Of a stretch of 35,914 nt of DNA, positions 1-13,151 are shown one piece after another. Within the stretch, counting starts at the first letter, position 1; every line of letters begins with the position of its first letter. The position numbers were made by a program, and so were the translations under genes. The stretch is from Bigelowiella natans CCMP2755. Lineage: Eukaryota > Protista > Cercozoa. The stretch covers positions 1-35,914 of the forward strand of contig ADNK01003439.1 of the NCBI GenBank assembly GCA_000320545.1. Reading direction: 5' to 3'. The notes below the pieces were generated by a model that was given only the letters and a program-made list of their open reading frames with translations, made no database searches and was not told where the DNA came from.

Positions 1-55
1 GTCCACTCCCTCCTCCTCCTCCTGCTGATGCTGCTGCTTTCCATCCAATGTTATG

Positions 56-92
<37 letters not shown>

Positions 93-466
93 GCAACTGC
101 GGCGATAATCCCAATCTCTTCTTCTCCTTCTTTTTTCTATATATAATCCCAATTTCTTCTTCTCCTCCTTCTTTTAACTGCTCTTTCCCTACTTCTTGCC
201 TACTACTACTGCTACCACTACTTCCTTTTACTACTACTACTACTATAATAATAAAAACTACTACTTTTCCATGTCTTCAGCACTGGCTTTGATTCTTTCT
301 ATTTTCATGGTTGATGATGACGATGAGGATCCTCCTCCCTCTAACCCACTATGATCATTACCTGATTATTAAGGAGTTACTACTTCGACACAACTATGAT
401 AGATAATACAGAGAGTGCCATCGATGATGGGACAACCATTTATAGCATTTTTGTTGTAAACAATTC

Positions 467-508
<42 letters not shown>

Positions 509-2412
509 GAATTATCATTACTTCTTGGATTATCAGTTTTTAATGATGAGTCGTCCTTTTGCCTACGGTAGGTAAAGAATCAGAAGGCACATTAGTGCTG
601 CTGCTTTGGCACACCATATATATCATCATCATTAACATCATGCAGACATGAAATATTATCAACAATGTTTGTATTATTAACAAAACAATAGAAGCTCAAT
701 AAACCATCGTGATTAAAAGGCAAATAATAAAGAATTCAATGACATAATTCTTGATTAAAGTTAATTGAGGGTGTGATGATAATAACAACGACAAATCTCT
801 CTCTGTGGACTGCGGCCGATTACTTATTATTTCTACAGAAGAACAATCTTCTTCATCATCAATGATAATACCTGACGAATGCTCTTGGTCGCAAAATATT
901 TAGAAATCCAACTGAAAACGTAACAACAAGAATTGTTAGATATTATTCAAGCAGCATGTTGAGATAGCAGTAATGCTCGTATCGTAAAATTAAGACAAAT
1001 TCCCAAATAAAACCGAAGCAAATTCGCTACTACTATCTTCCTCGATGCCATTTATTTATTTATTAGTTCATTTTAGATAGTGTTAGTCTACAGTCACTGC
1101 TGCTACTTACAACAACAACTACTACTACCTACCTAATGTAACCATTTTTGGACGTTGAATTTTCTGTACCCTCGGTAGGGATACCAAACAGGCCTTACAT
1201 AAGAGCAGCAGCAGCAGCAGGTGATTATTAACAATAACAAATAAATAAACTTCTACAACCTTAATATTATTATAGACACGTCAGACGAAGAAGAAGAAAG
1301 TATCATCTTCAGTAAGAGCAGCACCATCGAGTATTATGTTGGTTAGAAAGCAAAGAACTGTTCAAAATGTATGAGCGTAGCAGGTTGTTGTTACATAGTA
1401 GTAGTAGTGACATAATTACGATTTCTGTAGCACTGTCCCGGATATGTCTTAGAACCTTACTCACATCCATGGATCCTCCTCCTTTAATAGCAATACCATC
1501 ATCAAAAAGGAGGAAGAGGAGGAGGAGAGACCTCATTCACTCACTCACTCACACATCAATTTGATCGACTTTTCACCACTACATACAATGAAATAGCGTG
1601 CTGCTGCTGCTGCTGCTGCTGCTGCTACCATTCTCTGAGTTGAATTTTTTGAACAGTTTTGTTATGCTAGCCTCAACTTTCTCCCAGTTTGTATGTATAA
1701 GCATAAGCGCGGCTTCTTGTTGCCTCAGGCGACTTAGAAATGAAGTATCTGTCTCCTTTGTTTTCTTTAACTGATGAAGTAGGAGGGGGGATAAGTCATA
1801 AGAAACTTAAGGAGAGCAGCAGGAGGGGGAGGAAGAAGGCTGCTTCAAAATATGAATAGTACACAAGAAGAGCTTATTAATGTAGAAGAGCTAACACTCG
1901 GCGAGCATATTGCATCATCCCATTTTACAATTACCCTTCCATACTCTGCTTCAGCCTTGTCAAATTCTTTTTGTGCATCTTCGATTTCAACGGCCTGAAA
2001 GTAGCATTAGTCATCAGCAGAAATGTATTCAGATGACTGTCTTTCTTCTTCTCCCCGCCCCCCACTTTCTGTTTACGATACCTCAACTTCCCACTTTTTG
2101 GGTTTTGGAGACCTCAAATTTTTCATACGAGGAGAAGTCGGGCTGCTAAGCTTGCGATTGAGAGCATTTTTCTATTGAATACACGCATCATTTATGAGAG
2201 GAGGAGCACTTCGGAATTTTCACTATTAACTTGTAGAAATATAACCAATTTTCTTTCCTCTTTAAGAAGACGTTTTCGCTCTTCATGGGCATGATTTATC
2301 CTAGCCTGATACAGAACAGTAACATAAAAATGAAATTGTGTTGATGATTGTCACCAGATCGTCGTACGACTAGCACCTCAAGTTGATCAGCGTTCTGCTC
2401 GATGGTCGCCAT
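1..2412 (-). CDS. Multi-exon hypothetical protein with N-terminal coiled coil; 3' end unresolved or beyond the window
   Basis: ATG at 2412. GT-AG exons join in frame: MATIEQNADQLE|ARINHAHEERKRLLKEERKL|KNALNRKLSSPTSPRMKNLRSPKPKKWEVE|AVEIEDAQKEFDKAEAEYGR|LKKTKETDTSFLSRLRQQEAALMLIHTNWEKVEASITKLFKKFNSEN. Further short exons near 1450-1480, 1330-1360, 1143-1195 and 871-911 have ambiguous phase. No family recognised. Confidence 0.6.
55..93. repeat. (TGT)n microsatellite
   Basis: Directly visible; source of the poly-Cys pseudo-ORF. Confidence 0.9.
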
Positions 2413-2932
2413 TGTGTGCTTTAGCTTGGATATCAATCCAGTGTTGATTGGGTCGATTATTGCAGGAAGGCCTAGGTTTGCAACACTAACACCACCACCA
2501 CTACCACCACAGAAGGTGTTCTACTCTCCAGTCGGCCAGAGAGGGGTTGGGGGTCGGTTGTTGTCGTTATCGTTTTTAAAAGAATTAATGTATAAAATTG
2601 CAGACCATTAACATCGTGCGACTACCTCACAATATCTGGGCCTTGCGACGATTCTTCCTACTCGTAATAAGCGACTCAGTTCGGTAGAAGTATACCGGTA
2701 AGTTAGACAGAGCTTTGGAATTAGTCGCATGTCTAAATTCCCATACAAACACAGAATAAAGACAAAGATCCTCATCCTTTCTTCGGTACGGTGGTGTGTT
2801 TTAGGCTTCTTTCCTTAATACTGTGGACATGCTTCAGTACTATCGTTAGCATCACCAGATCGAGAAGGTGATATTCTATATACGACATTCATCCAATGTT
2901 GTCGCACTACAACAATGACCTGAAATCTCCTT

Positions 2933-4428
2933 ATGATACGATTCCAGAAGAGTTCTTATCATCTAACCACCCCCCCGGAGCAGTCTTCTTCCGAGCACAT
3001 TGGGAGGACACATGGTCAATCACTGAGAATGACAGCGTCAACAAGATCAAAGCCATGCTCCACAGCCCCCCTGCTGCTCACACATATTACTTCTATCGAT
3101 TTTATAACCTCCCTCCTCGTTCCAACTAAGTTCAATACCGCAATGAGACGTCAACGAGGACAAGCAGCCAAAATCCGCTTCATACAAATCCAACTTTCTG
3201 CTTTCATAATTTCGTGCTGTTCGATGGCTTTCTACGGTCTAGGCGTTGTGAATTTATTTCAACAGGTTGCAATCGAAGCTGTCCTTCTCGCGATTAGGTG
3301 CTTCATGTCCGAAAACGTAAATTGTTGAGTAAAGTGTGTGAGTGGCTCTGGGGAATGACAAAGGATTTCAAACTCAAATGAGATGTCTTACATAAAATCT
3401 GTGATGTTTGCCTCCGTTCCTTAATGGAAGAAATCGCGCAACAAAACCAAACACCACAACTTTAATTCGTATCAGGTGCTCAAACGAGATATGGTCAAGG
3501 AGATTCGACATTGACGATTTCATCCATCATTCTGCGATGATTTTAGGCTCTGCTTTGATCACCTTCCATGATCCTTTTAAACCTTACGCGTATCTTCTGG
3601 TTCATTCGCAGGTCTAGACAAAACAAGAATGAACACATTTTAAGTATCATCTTAATAAATGTCTTCTTCTTCTTCTTCTTCTTCTTCTTCTTCTTCTCTT
3701 TAATATTATGGTCAGATTCTGCACGTACCCATGGCAGTTTTCTACTACAGAAAGCTATTGACCAACATTTACTTCGATAATAGAGGATCAGGCAACTGTG
3801 CCACAAAGTCGAAGAGAATGACATCTCTACCATCACCTCCTCCTCCTCCTCCGTTAATCGCGAGGCGACAAGTCATGTTTGCGGAAAGTGGTTTCAGAGT
3901 TTTTTGGCTATTTTGTACCGGGTGACTACTTCATTATTATGATTCATCCCTATATATTCGATGATGATGATGATAAGGATGATGTGATGACAATAATGCT
4001 ACTATTGCTGCAGGTATCGAGGGTCTTTACTCTTATCGGCCGCATTGCATCGATTTCTCTTCTTCTTCTCCTTCTTCCTCATATCCTCCTCCACCACTTC
4101 CCCCTCCCCGTTATCATCGTTGCCACTATTTTACCCCCCTCCTTCAACCAGTACAATTACAACTAGTCCGATTGCTGGCTTCATAATGCTAGGCTTCGCT
4201 CTCATAATATCTTCTTTAGATGTGTGGTGGTAAGTTGTTATCTGATAACCCTTCTCCTCCTCCTAACGACAATAATTGATATTGCTCGTACTATGTTCAC
4301 TTGATGCCACCTACGCACAACCACGCAGCACATGAAACATAATATGAATAAACAATATTAGTAATTGCACATCCAATTTGCGGTTACAAATATTTATAAG
4401 TTACTGCAGGCATCATATACAAAATTAA
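2933..4428 (+). CDS. TLC (TRAM/LAG1/CLN8) domain-like multipass membrane protein
   Basis: Spliced translation: ...IRFIQIQLSAFIISCCSMAFYGLGVVNLFQQVAIEAVLLAIR|CSNEIWSRRFDIDDFIHHSAMILGSALITFHDPFKPYAYLLVHSQ|ILHVPMAVFYYRKLL...FRVFWLFCTG|YRGSLLLSAALHRF...FIMLGFALIISSLDVWW. It shows several hydrophobic helices, a D-x-x-HH motif, a conserved Arg and an LNxxW-like end, as in TLC domains. The start codon (2933 vs 3143) and last exon are uncertain. Confidence 0.6.
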
Positions 4429-4544
4429 GAATCTAAAAATGATGACAACAAGTACATGGTTTAGCATGCACCCTTCAAAATATTCTATCTTTCAGAATGA
4501 AGGATCATTAAAAACATGATTCTTCGCGTCACTTGTTCATTTAT

Positions 4545-4584
<40 letters not shown>

Positions 4585-4927
4585 GTGATAGGTCCATGTA
4601 CTTCATAAAGAAACTCAACTGGAAAAAATATCAGAGTTCAGGCAAATATGCTAGTAGTAGTAGTGTGAAAGGGTAATTGATTTATGAAATATGCAATTAT
4701 TATTTCATGTATAAATCTAATGGGAAGTATCACTGCAAGTCCTCCGCTATTGTTTGGGTGATTTCTTTTATCGATCGATCGATCGTTTGACCATTATTAG
4801 CCGAGGAGCAACCAGCAACATAACGATTAACGAAGCTCTAAATATTCTCACTGGTAGTATAAACTTATTGGTAGCAAGGTATAGGTGGTGGTGGGGGAGG
4901 AGAATGTAACTGCTGCACAAAAGCATT

Positions 4928-4960
<33 letters not shown>

Positions 4961-5755
4961 TCCGTGCACGTATGCAAATGCTATAGTAATGCTATGATTC
5001 GTTCACATGTCATCAGGCACAAGAGCGTTCTGGGTCGGAGTAATATCTGCGTTTGCAATTGTTACCATTTTGTAACTAATATGTATTTCGATAACAAATT
5101 GCTTTGTCTCATACACATATCTGACTTGACTGTCTGTGACGTCGACCATAGCGTCATCATCATCTATGCATCAAAGAGCTTGATACCGCATGAATAATGA
5201 GTCACAACGCGTTGAAGCAATTTCTGCATTCATGCATGTTGTAGATGTTTCAGTAGAGTGTGAAAATATGCGTATGTGCCTCGTGCATGCATATCTGACA
5301 TTCTAGCATTGTAGGCAGACACGCGACAGTACGTGTGCGTTGTTGTTGGCACATACGTACAGCATACATAGAACTGCGCACATGTGCATCAGACATATGG
5401 CATCTAATGTTCTCTACCACAAAAGCATATTTTTGTCTTTAATAAATCGTGATGATGATTGCGATATGCAAACCACACCACTAGTACAGAACGTAAAAAC
5501 ATTGTTGCTAGACTGCGACACTCTCAGTACCATATCGCCATCTTGGAGCATGCAAGATTCACATTGATCACGACAAATTGTTGCAAATCAATCTGAGCTG
5601 AATTGTGTTTTTGAAGGTTGAAATGTATTCAAGCGGCGCTTTGTGTAGCACTAAGTCGATAATTAATGTTTCAATATTTAATCCATTCGCCAACAACTAT
5701 GAATTTATTGTCGTGAAGATCTCCATAAGAAAATTATTAGAGCAAGAAAAGGCAT

Positions 5756-7478
5756 TCATCGAGCAAACAAGCTAAAGCGACTCCTCCATATGTACGCTTG
5801 TAAGCTCTGCATCCAGAGAAGATGATCTCCTTTGTGATGTCCTCCTAGTAATTGCGTGTATTTAAGAAATTTAGAGTCAATGACGACTCCATAGTGTTTC
5901 AGTTTTGAATAATACATTTGTGCAAAATCTGAAGGCACGCGAGAGAATTCGTTTAAAGTCTTCTTCGAGTGCTCGCGTCCGTTTCTACACAAACGGTAAT
6001 CTCATCAGGACAGACCCATTTTCGCATATTTAACATCTTAATAATAGAAGGATGTTGAATGCCACTCCGATTTATTGCTACCTTGGCTTCTGATGAAATC
6101 CTCCCAAGTATTTGTTGCGCCTACACGTGAAGAAGAAACCTATTTTTCGGTATTGCTTCACTTTGTTTTTGGTCGATTAAATACCTTTTTCCTTTCTGAG
6201 CACGTCAACGGAGTGAACAAATCATCCAAAAATTCCCCAAATCTGAAGGTGATCTACATTCATGAATACCATTATGATAGCATGCGCAACAGATACCTTG
6301 AAGATTTTTCATCCTTTATTTCACTGAACATTGTAAGCCTATAGTATAAAACAAACTCACTAACCTCAACTGATATCCTCTGTTATTATGGCAGAGAATA
6401 ACAATAACAACAACATCAACCATTCGTCCAAGTAAAGGGCATCATTGGATCGGGACTTCTTGGCATTTCTTAATTTCTGCAACAAATCAAAATATTGATA
6501 AATAGATTATGCAAATATTGTTTAAATATGAAATAACATCAACGACACCATGTAGTTTACGAGAGATCTTGCTTGCTCTTTATTGGCACCTGAGATGTTA
6601 ATTGAGCCACATGAAACTCACACTTTGACATTAATTTATTGAAGAATCGTATTATATTTGTGTATATATTTTGCAGATGATTTGGTATTGTCGGCGTTGG
6701 CATCATATGTGACTATGTGCCAGTTGCCGGATTTTTGAAAATCCGCTGAAAGTTATATTTCAAGAAATTGAGTGATAAGAGAAGGACGAACCGATTTAAT
6801 TTGATTCATGATGATTAAATTAGTGAAAATAACCTCCTTTGGATGTAAGTCTTATCGCTACCTTATCCGAAGTAACAAATCTGATTACAAAAGAAAGCAA
6901 AAAACAGTGGCTCATATTTTCAAAATACTTCAAATCGTAGCAGAAACTAATGGTAATCTATTTTTCTACCCTTCGTGTTCTGAGTCGGCAAAACTAAATA
7001 TCCTGAAAATGAGCTTCATTTCTTTTTTAGTAAACGGTTTAGCGAAATCTTGGCCTGTTACACCCTGGAGATATACGTAAATAAAAATCATTAAATACAG
7101 AAATATCATGATTTATTTGATGGTGCTTTCAACAATAGTAATACCTTAGTACCATGTTGAAGTAGTAAATCCTTTAAGTCTCCTCCATCCTTTAATTTCA
7201 TTATATCTAATAACTTTTTGCTAAAAATGGAATCATTTTGTCCAGTTACTACCTTCTTAAATTGAATGCAAGAGAGAAGAAAGAACTTTATTGACACCTT
7301 CCCTCCCACCTGTAGCTTGGCGTTATCCACATCATGTATATTTCTAACTCAAAATATCTTTGATCAACGTTAATAATTAAGAACTAGATATTGGTTGAGA
7401 AGGTACAGGCATACGTACACTCATAATGGTTGGGCGTGAAATATCAAGAGGCACACATGTCATTATTTTCACTCAATG

Positions 7479-7517
<39 letters not shown>

Positions 7518-8820
7518 ATATAATATACCTTCCTCATATCAAAATTCAGGGCTGAGCAGAGTCTTCTGTTTTGCACCTGATCATATATTGAGTGTATTTG
7601 TTGCCAATATCAAACATCACACATAATATACATCTAGAGTGGAAGTAAACTGATTTATAAGAGTAACGTAATGCCTTCCTTGCTGTGTTGCTGCGGTCAT
7701 AATTGGTATACTGCTTAGATATGCAAACATCAACCTTTTCGAGGATTGTAGCATTCTGCAACTTTACGAGAGTATGAAATGCACTTGAGGCCTGATTATA
7801 TCATGCGCATTAGGATATCGTCGTGCTTAAAAAGTGTGAAATTATTATTATTAGTAGTAGTGGTATATGGTTACTGCAGCTGATTCTTCGGGTGTCATTG
7901 TGACAAAAAGAGTACGCATCCATGTCCGGAATTTCCTTTTAGTACCTGAGAATCATACATGGGTGGTAGGTACAAATATTTTATCACTTCAAAATATACT
8001 TCCATACGTATCATACATTCATTTATGTCAAAAACCTGCTTAAGCATAAAGCGAATAATCATGTACATGATTAATACTATTACCATTGTTATCATAGTCA
8101 ATTGTATACGGTTTAATAAAAATTTTAAAAATGAATTAGATCTACAATATCATTCAAAAACCATAAATATGATAAATTACCTTTATCGTAATAGATGTCT
8201 TCGAACGCTCTGTTCCATATCTCAAGCGTGATCTTCTACATGAGAAGTAAATAAATTAGTTTTATGTTCTGAAGGTACTTGTGTTACTGATAGGTATTTG
8301 TGTGGTAACCCCGTCGTTATTGCATGCTTGCAATGGCTTCAATGCTTTGAACAATTCTCTTACAGGATCTTTCCTTCCGTTTCTGATTTTTATTCTCCTG
8401 ATGTGGGCAGGAGTCTGCACTTTGTCCTCTCTAGATTATAAGGATAAGTCATTTTTACTTCCAGCCAATTTCGCAAAAATCAGATACCGAAATGTGTGCT
8501 TGAGTTCTTGTGAATCAATGATGCTGTTCCAAAGTATATATATTAGAAAAGTATATGTCCACCATGTATGAAACTAATTACCCTGTTTGATCGATGTCAA
8601 CATGGTTGAAAATGCTCTCGATTTCACGTAGTTCCTTCTCGGTGAAGGGGCTGATGAACTTTGTTTTGTTTGAGCTGGACCTCGAGCAGGTACATCCCAT
8701 CTTTTAATTTTACGATTCTCCCTTCTAATTACAATTTGTTGATACGATGCTGAAGGTATAGGTCTCGAAGCTGGTCTTATTTCACTTTGTCCCAAGGGTT
8801 CTCTTTTTAGTTCGGTAGCC
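5756..8820 (-). CDS. Multi-exon hypothetical protein with a possible degenerate EF-hand
   Basis: A chain of short exons with GT-AG introns stays in frame: ...EDKVQTPAHIRRIKIRNGRKDPVRELFKALKPLQACNNDG|KITLEIWNRAFEDIYYDK|GTKRKFRTWMRTLFVTMTPEESAA|ASSAFHTLVKLQNATILEK...|KVVTGQNDSIFSKKLLDIMKLKDGGDLKDLLLQHGTK|GVTGQDFAKPFTKKEMKLIFRIFSFADSEHEG|FVTSDK...|FGEFLDDLFTPLTCSERKK|AQQILGRISSEAK. The start codon was not located and the terminal exon (ORF 5756-5992) is tentative. Confidence 0.6.
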
Positions 8821-9256
8821 GCAAATTATTTATTATAACTACCTAGATGTTCTAGTACGAGGGAGATCGATGATTCGGGTGTTGAAGAAGGTAGTCGGAT
8901 GATGAGAAAAATGCAGGTGGATGCAGGTGAGTACTCGTACATAGCCGTAACGCCATTGTTAACGCCATAACGCCATCACAACCGAAGAACAACAACAACA
9001 ATTCCAACCTGCGACAACACCTTGAAAGTATGGTTGTACTGCGCTACTGTTCTGCGACAACATAATTTACCAATAAAAAAAGGCAGCATTATCGTACTGC
9101 GACAACCGGGTAGATATTGTCTTACTACCTTAAGTGGGATCACTCATCATCGTATGGCACTGACGAATGGCGATGACTGCAAGATCAAGAAGATAAGAAG
9201 AAGATACGAAGAAGATAACAAGGCCTACAGTTAGATACGTATTTGCTGGAAAATTG

Positions 9257-9692
9257 ATGATGGGGCCAAGCGGCCTCTTAAATCGTAGGTTGCGATTCTC
9301 CTACGGAGGGACATGCATGATGCCACCAATTCGATGGAGTACGACGACGATACCACACAGCGCAAATCGTCGATGGCTACGAGACACGCCGATTATGGTA
9401 TTTGGATCAGGCGATAGTGGTAGCGATATGTCAGCTTCAACGTCACGATATTTTAGAAACAGGATGATGAGAAATAGCTTCTCATTCCATTCGCGCTTCG
9501 TCTCCAGCGACCGCTCCTGCAAAGACACAACGGACAAAGCAGCAGCAATCGGCATCGATGTCGATCCTCAGGATACTACTAGTAAGACTAAGCGTGATGG
9601 CGACTACACCCCGCGTCTCATCAGCCAACGGCTTCCTCTTCCACGATTTAGTGATCACGAATCGGCTGTATCTCTGTAATAATTAGTAAGTC

Positions 9693-9729
<37 letters not shown>

Positions 9730-9835
9730 AAAATCAATATCTCACGAACAAATATACTGATGGGTAGCACAGAGGAAGAGGGCGACGACGCTGTACTACA
9801 GTTAGTGATATAGACCTGACTTACGCTCACTCTTG

Positions 9836-9871
<36 letters not shown>

Positions 9872-10010
9872 TTAATTTATAATAGCATTGAAGCGAAGGC
9901 AAAGAAGGAAGGATGGCTATCTGCAGAAGCTTGCAATGCTCTGATTAGCTTTCTAGAGGCGCACGATGATCAGGTCATGCTTTCGATGATGATGAGGATA
10001 AGGATGCTGA

Positions 10011-10042
<32 letters not shown>

Positions 10043-10687
10043 TAGTAGTAGTAGTAGTGGTAGCAGTACCAGCAGTAATAATATCAAATATGAAGATTTT
10101 AGAGGTAAGTTTTCCTCCGTAGTGTGTTACCATTTTTTGTCCATTTCTAGTCGTGAATTAAGTTTGATTTACTATGAGCATCATCACAGGCACGAGCACA
10201 CAGAGTAAGACGTGCAGCACGTAGAGTATCGTTGGAAGGTGTTGTAGGAGTGGAGGGACCATACATTAAGGACGATGAGCTAGCCTTTATGTTGGGAAGT
10301 CTAAGGGCAAACATTGAAGCAGGGTGGGTGCTACTACTAGTAATAGTAGACATAGAGAAACAAGAAGAAGAACTAAAAATAGGAGAAGAGAGAGCAGAAG
10401 ACCGGCAGCTGTATTACTATTAGTATAGCAGTAGTTGTAGTGCTAGCATTCCTCAATGGTGCTATGATTGATTTTCTTATTAGTTTTTCCGTCTGATGGT
10501 ACATCTCGCTTTTCAGATTAACGCCCAACAAAGAGGAATGGGAGCGTGTCCTATGGAAAGCATGCAAAGTACTACTACTACTACTTATTCTACATTACCT
10601 TCTTCTATTATCATGAATCATATAGGTGCTGTTGCTTGCTTGTAGTATCTCCAACTATATACCAAGCCGTCTATTCTGTAGTAGTAT

Positions 10688-10722
<35 letters not shown>

Positions 10723-11649
10723 AGGATTCTCATCGTAAGAAGGTAATAATGTATCTGTTGTTGTTGTTGTTGTTGCTGTTGTTGTGTTTGTCTTGTTATC
10801 TGCTGTTCTCATTCAGGAAAAAGAGGTTGCTGCAGTAGCTAGAGTTGAGATGATGATGCGACATAGACGTATGTGGCCTCCGTCTTGTGAATGCATCGGT
10901 GCTGTTCTTGCTATGGCTGCGGAGAGGAACTTGGAGCAAAAGTGCCATTTACTAATAGGGGAATTGGAAGACACGCAACAGCAGGAAAATTATGATCATG
11001 CCACCAACACCACTTTTGACGCCACCACCAATCAAAATTTATATTTGAATAGAAGAAGTACAGTATCCCCTGCCTCCTCCTCCTACTCCTCATCCTCCTC
11101 CTCCCCCACCTCCAGCACATCATCATCATCATCATCATCGTCGTCGTCGTCGTCGTCATCATCGTCATCTCTCTCCTCTCGAATGTTGGAGGAAATACTA
11201 CTGAACATTTCACGGGCCACACTGATACGAAGATTGATTGCACTTGCCAAGAGAAGAGGCATGCTGATATCGCAAAGAGCACAACTGCATTGCGTTTCGA
11301 TCATGGTAAAGACGAGGAATGCTCACACACGTCTTCAGACTTGGAAAAGCATCAGAGACTCATTGACACTCAACCAACAGTAATCATAATAATAATGATT
11401 TGAATAATCATTTGAATAATGATAGCAACAGATAATAAGTCGGATGAAGGATTATCAAGTGAGGATGGATCCATAAGTTTTGACGATATTCTTCTGATGA
11501 TGATTTAGGAATAGCGTGAGGTTGATAGGCAAGCTACTTCGTGTTGGGTTAATAAGGGAAGCTGACTATGTTTTAGGGTATAGTAATTCAGTATTAACCA
11601 TGAATAAGAACACATCATTATTATCATCATTTTGTCGTATTCGATACTA

Positions 11650-11683
<34 letters not shown>

Positions 11684-12531
11684 AACTACCACTACTCCTG
11701 CTATTACTTCTACAACTATCACTACGACTTTCATTATATTTTCGTGTAGTATTATAAGGTCTCGCCCACGCAACAATATTGTAATGCAACTAGTCACACA
11801 CAACGAATTTTTTATTTGCTGCTGCTGCTGCTTAGTGATATTTCTACTGATAAACTGGCTGTTGACTGAGTATCGTCTGCTTCTTCTTTTTCTTCTTCTT
11901 CTTCTTCTTCTTCTTCTTCTTTCCACAGCAAAATGCAGGAACGGGGCATGCATATACCACAACGTATATATCGGAACTTTGCAAAAGCACTGACAGGATA
12001 TTCTCTGTCGGCGTCCAGTTCTCTCCAACAAGAAAAGATAGCAAAGGAAGAAGTGGAACAAGGAATCAAAATAGCAAAGAAAAAAGGTAGAGGAGGAGGG
12101 GGCGAGGAGGAGGAGGAGGAGGAGGAGGTCAAAGTGCAAGGAAATGAACTTGAAGAAGATGATCAAGGACCACGGAAATCGACGACAAACAAAAGGGGGG
12201 CTTCTACACAAGATATGGATGATTCCTTCTCGTCGTTGAAGTTGGCTTCTTCGTCATCCTCTTCGTCATCGCATATTTCTTCTCCTTCTTCTCCACCTTC
12301 TTCTCCTCTTTTCAATTGCTGTCCAAATGCCCTGAAAGCAATGGCTGATAACGGTGAGTTCAAGTTACTCAAGTCACTTGGCGTCTCCGCCGATGATGTG
12401 ACTAAGAATGATGCGGATCTCAACTGAGCGTGGGTAATTGAAGCAAGTAAGTTGTAGAATTGCCAGCAGTAGAATGGCTGTTGCACGACGGACGGACAAC
12501 AATTGGGCAAAAACGAATGATAAATGCTTAA
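9257..12531 (+). CDS. Degenerate pentatricopeptide-repeat (PPR)-like protein, probably mitochondrion-targeted
   Basis: The N-terminus is Arg/Ser-rich and acid-poor (MMGPSGLLNRRLRFSY...). Spliced helical segments resemble the PPR consensus: SAEACNALISFLEAHDD; GLTPNKEEWERVLWKACK..EKEVAAVARVEMMMRHRRMWPPSCECIGAVLAMAAERNLEQKCHLLIGEL; NSVRLIGKLLRVGLIREADYVL; KMQERGMHIPQRIYRNFAKAL. A GTGAGT donor near 12353 suggests a last exon ELPAVEWLLHDGRTTIGQKRMINA ending at 12531; the unspliced stop would be 12427. AATAAA lies at 12602. Confidence 0.6.
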
Positions 12532-12851
12532 CGATGATCGAAGGGATGATGACAAAAAGAAGAGCTGCATAGCACATGGTATGCAGGAATGTCGTATCCG
12601 CAATAAACGCAGCCTGGATAGCAGTTAAGCCAGGCTGTTATGTACGAAGGTGATACATGTGTGTGGTGACGATCCAGAAGGTGCCATGATGAGATTACAA
12701 CCACTACAACGAGATGATTTTTGCCGTAAGACTTATCTTGATGTCAACACCATTGCCCAGTTGGCGCATAGCCACATGGTCATGGCGTATATATCTAGAT
12801 ATGAGATCGAAGACAGATGCACAAGAATTAAACAAAAACCAATTATCTATC

Positions 12852-13151
12852 ATCCTAAGCGTACGTAGCTGTGCAAAGCTGCGAGGCACATGTGGGAGCC
12901 TATGAATGACACCATGCGATACAACAGCCTGCCCGGGCCGAGTGTACATGTATGTAATAGCTGCATGCATTGCATGTACAACAATAACACATAAGCGCTG
13001 TAGCCGCCCGCCGCGTCTCACATTTAGCAGCCTTTGAATGACAACACGCGATGCGGTAGCCTGCCCGTGCCGAGTGTATGCAGGCCGCATTGTTGCACAT
13101 ATACAACAACATTAGCGCTGTAACCGCTACTTCGCACAGCTACATTAGGAT
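12852..13151. mobile_element. Candidate non-autonomous MITE-like element with imperfect terminal inverted repeats and an internal ~132 bp duplication
   Basis: The left end ATCCTAA(gcgtac)GTAGCTGTGCAAAG (12852-12878) is the imperfect reverse complement of the right end CTTCGCACAGCTAC(a)TTAGGAT (13130-13151). Internal diverged direct repeats start at 12897 and 13029. No clear target-site duplication was seen. Confidence 0.35.

Noticed and set aside
1450-1660. EF-hand in gene 1 (LFKKFNSENGGGSMDV)
   Set aside because: Key acidic ligands are missing and the exon phase downstream is ambiguous, so it is too weak to call.
2896-3129. 77 aa ORF as an independent gene
   Set aside because: It has no recognisable motif and overlaps the likely 5' region of the TLC-domain gene.
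9009-9106. CRISPR-like array (regularly spaced repeat with ~34 bp spacers)
   Set aside because: The repeat is only 10 bp with three copies, the context is eukaryotic and there are no cas genes. A cis-motif explains it better.
12610-12637. 8 bp stem-loop (CAGCCTGG...CCAGGCTG) just after AATAAA as a terminator
   Set aside because: It is a single short stem with no equivalent seen at the other gene ends, so it may be chance.
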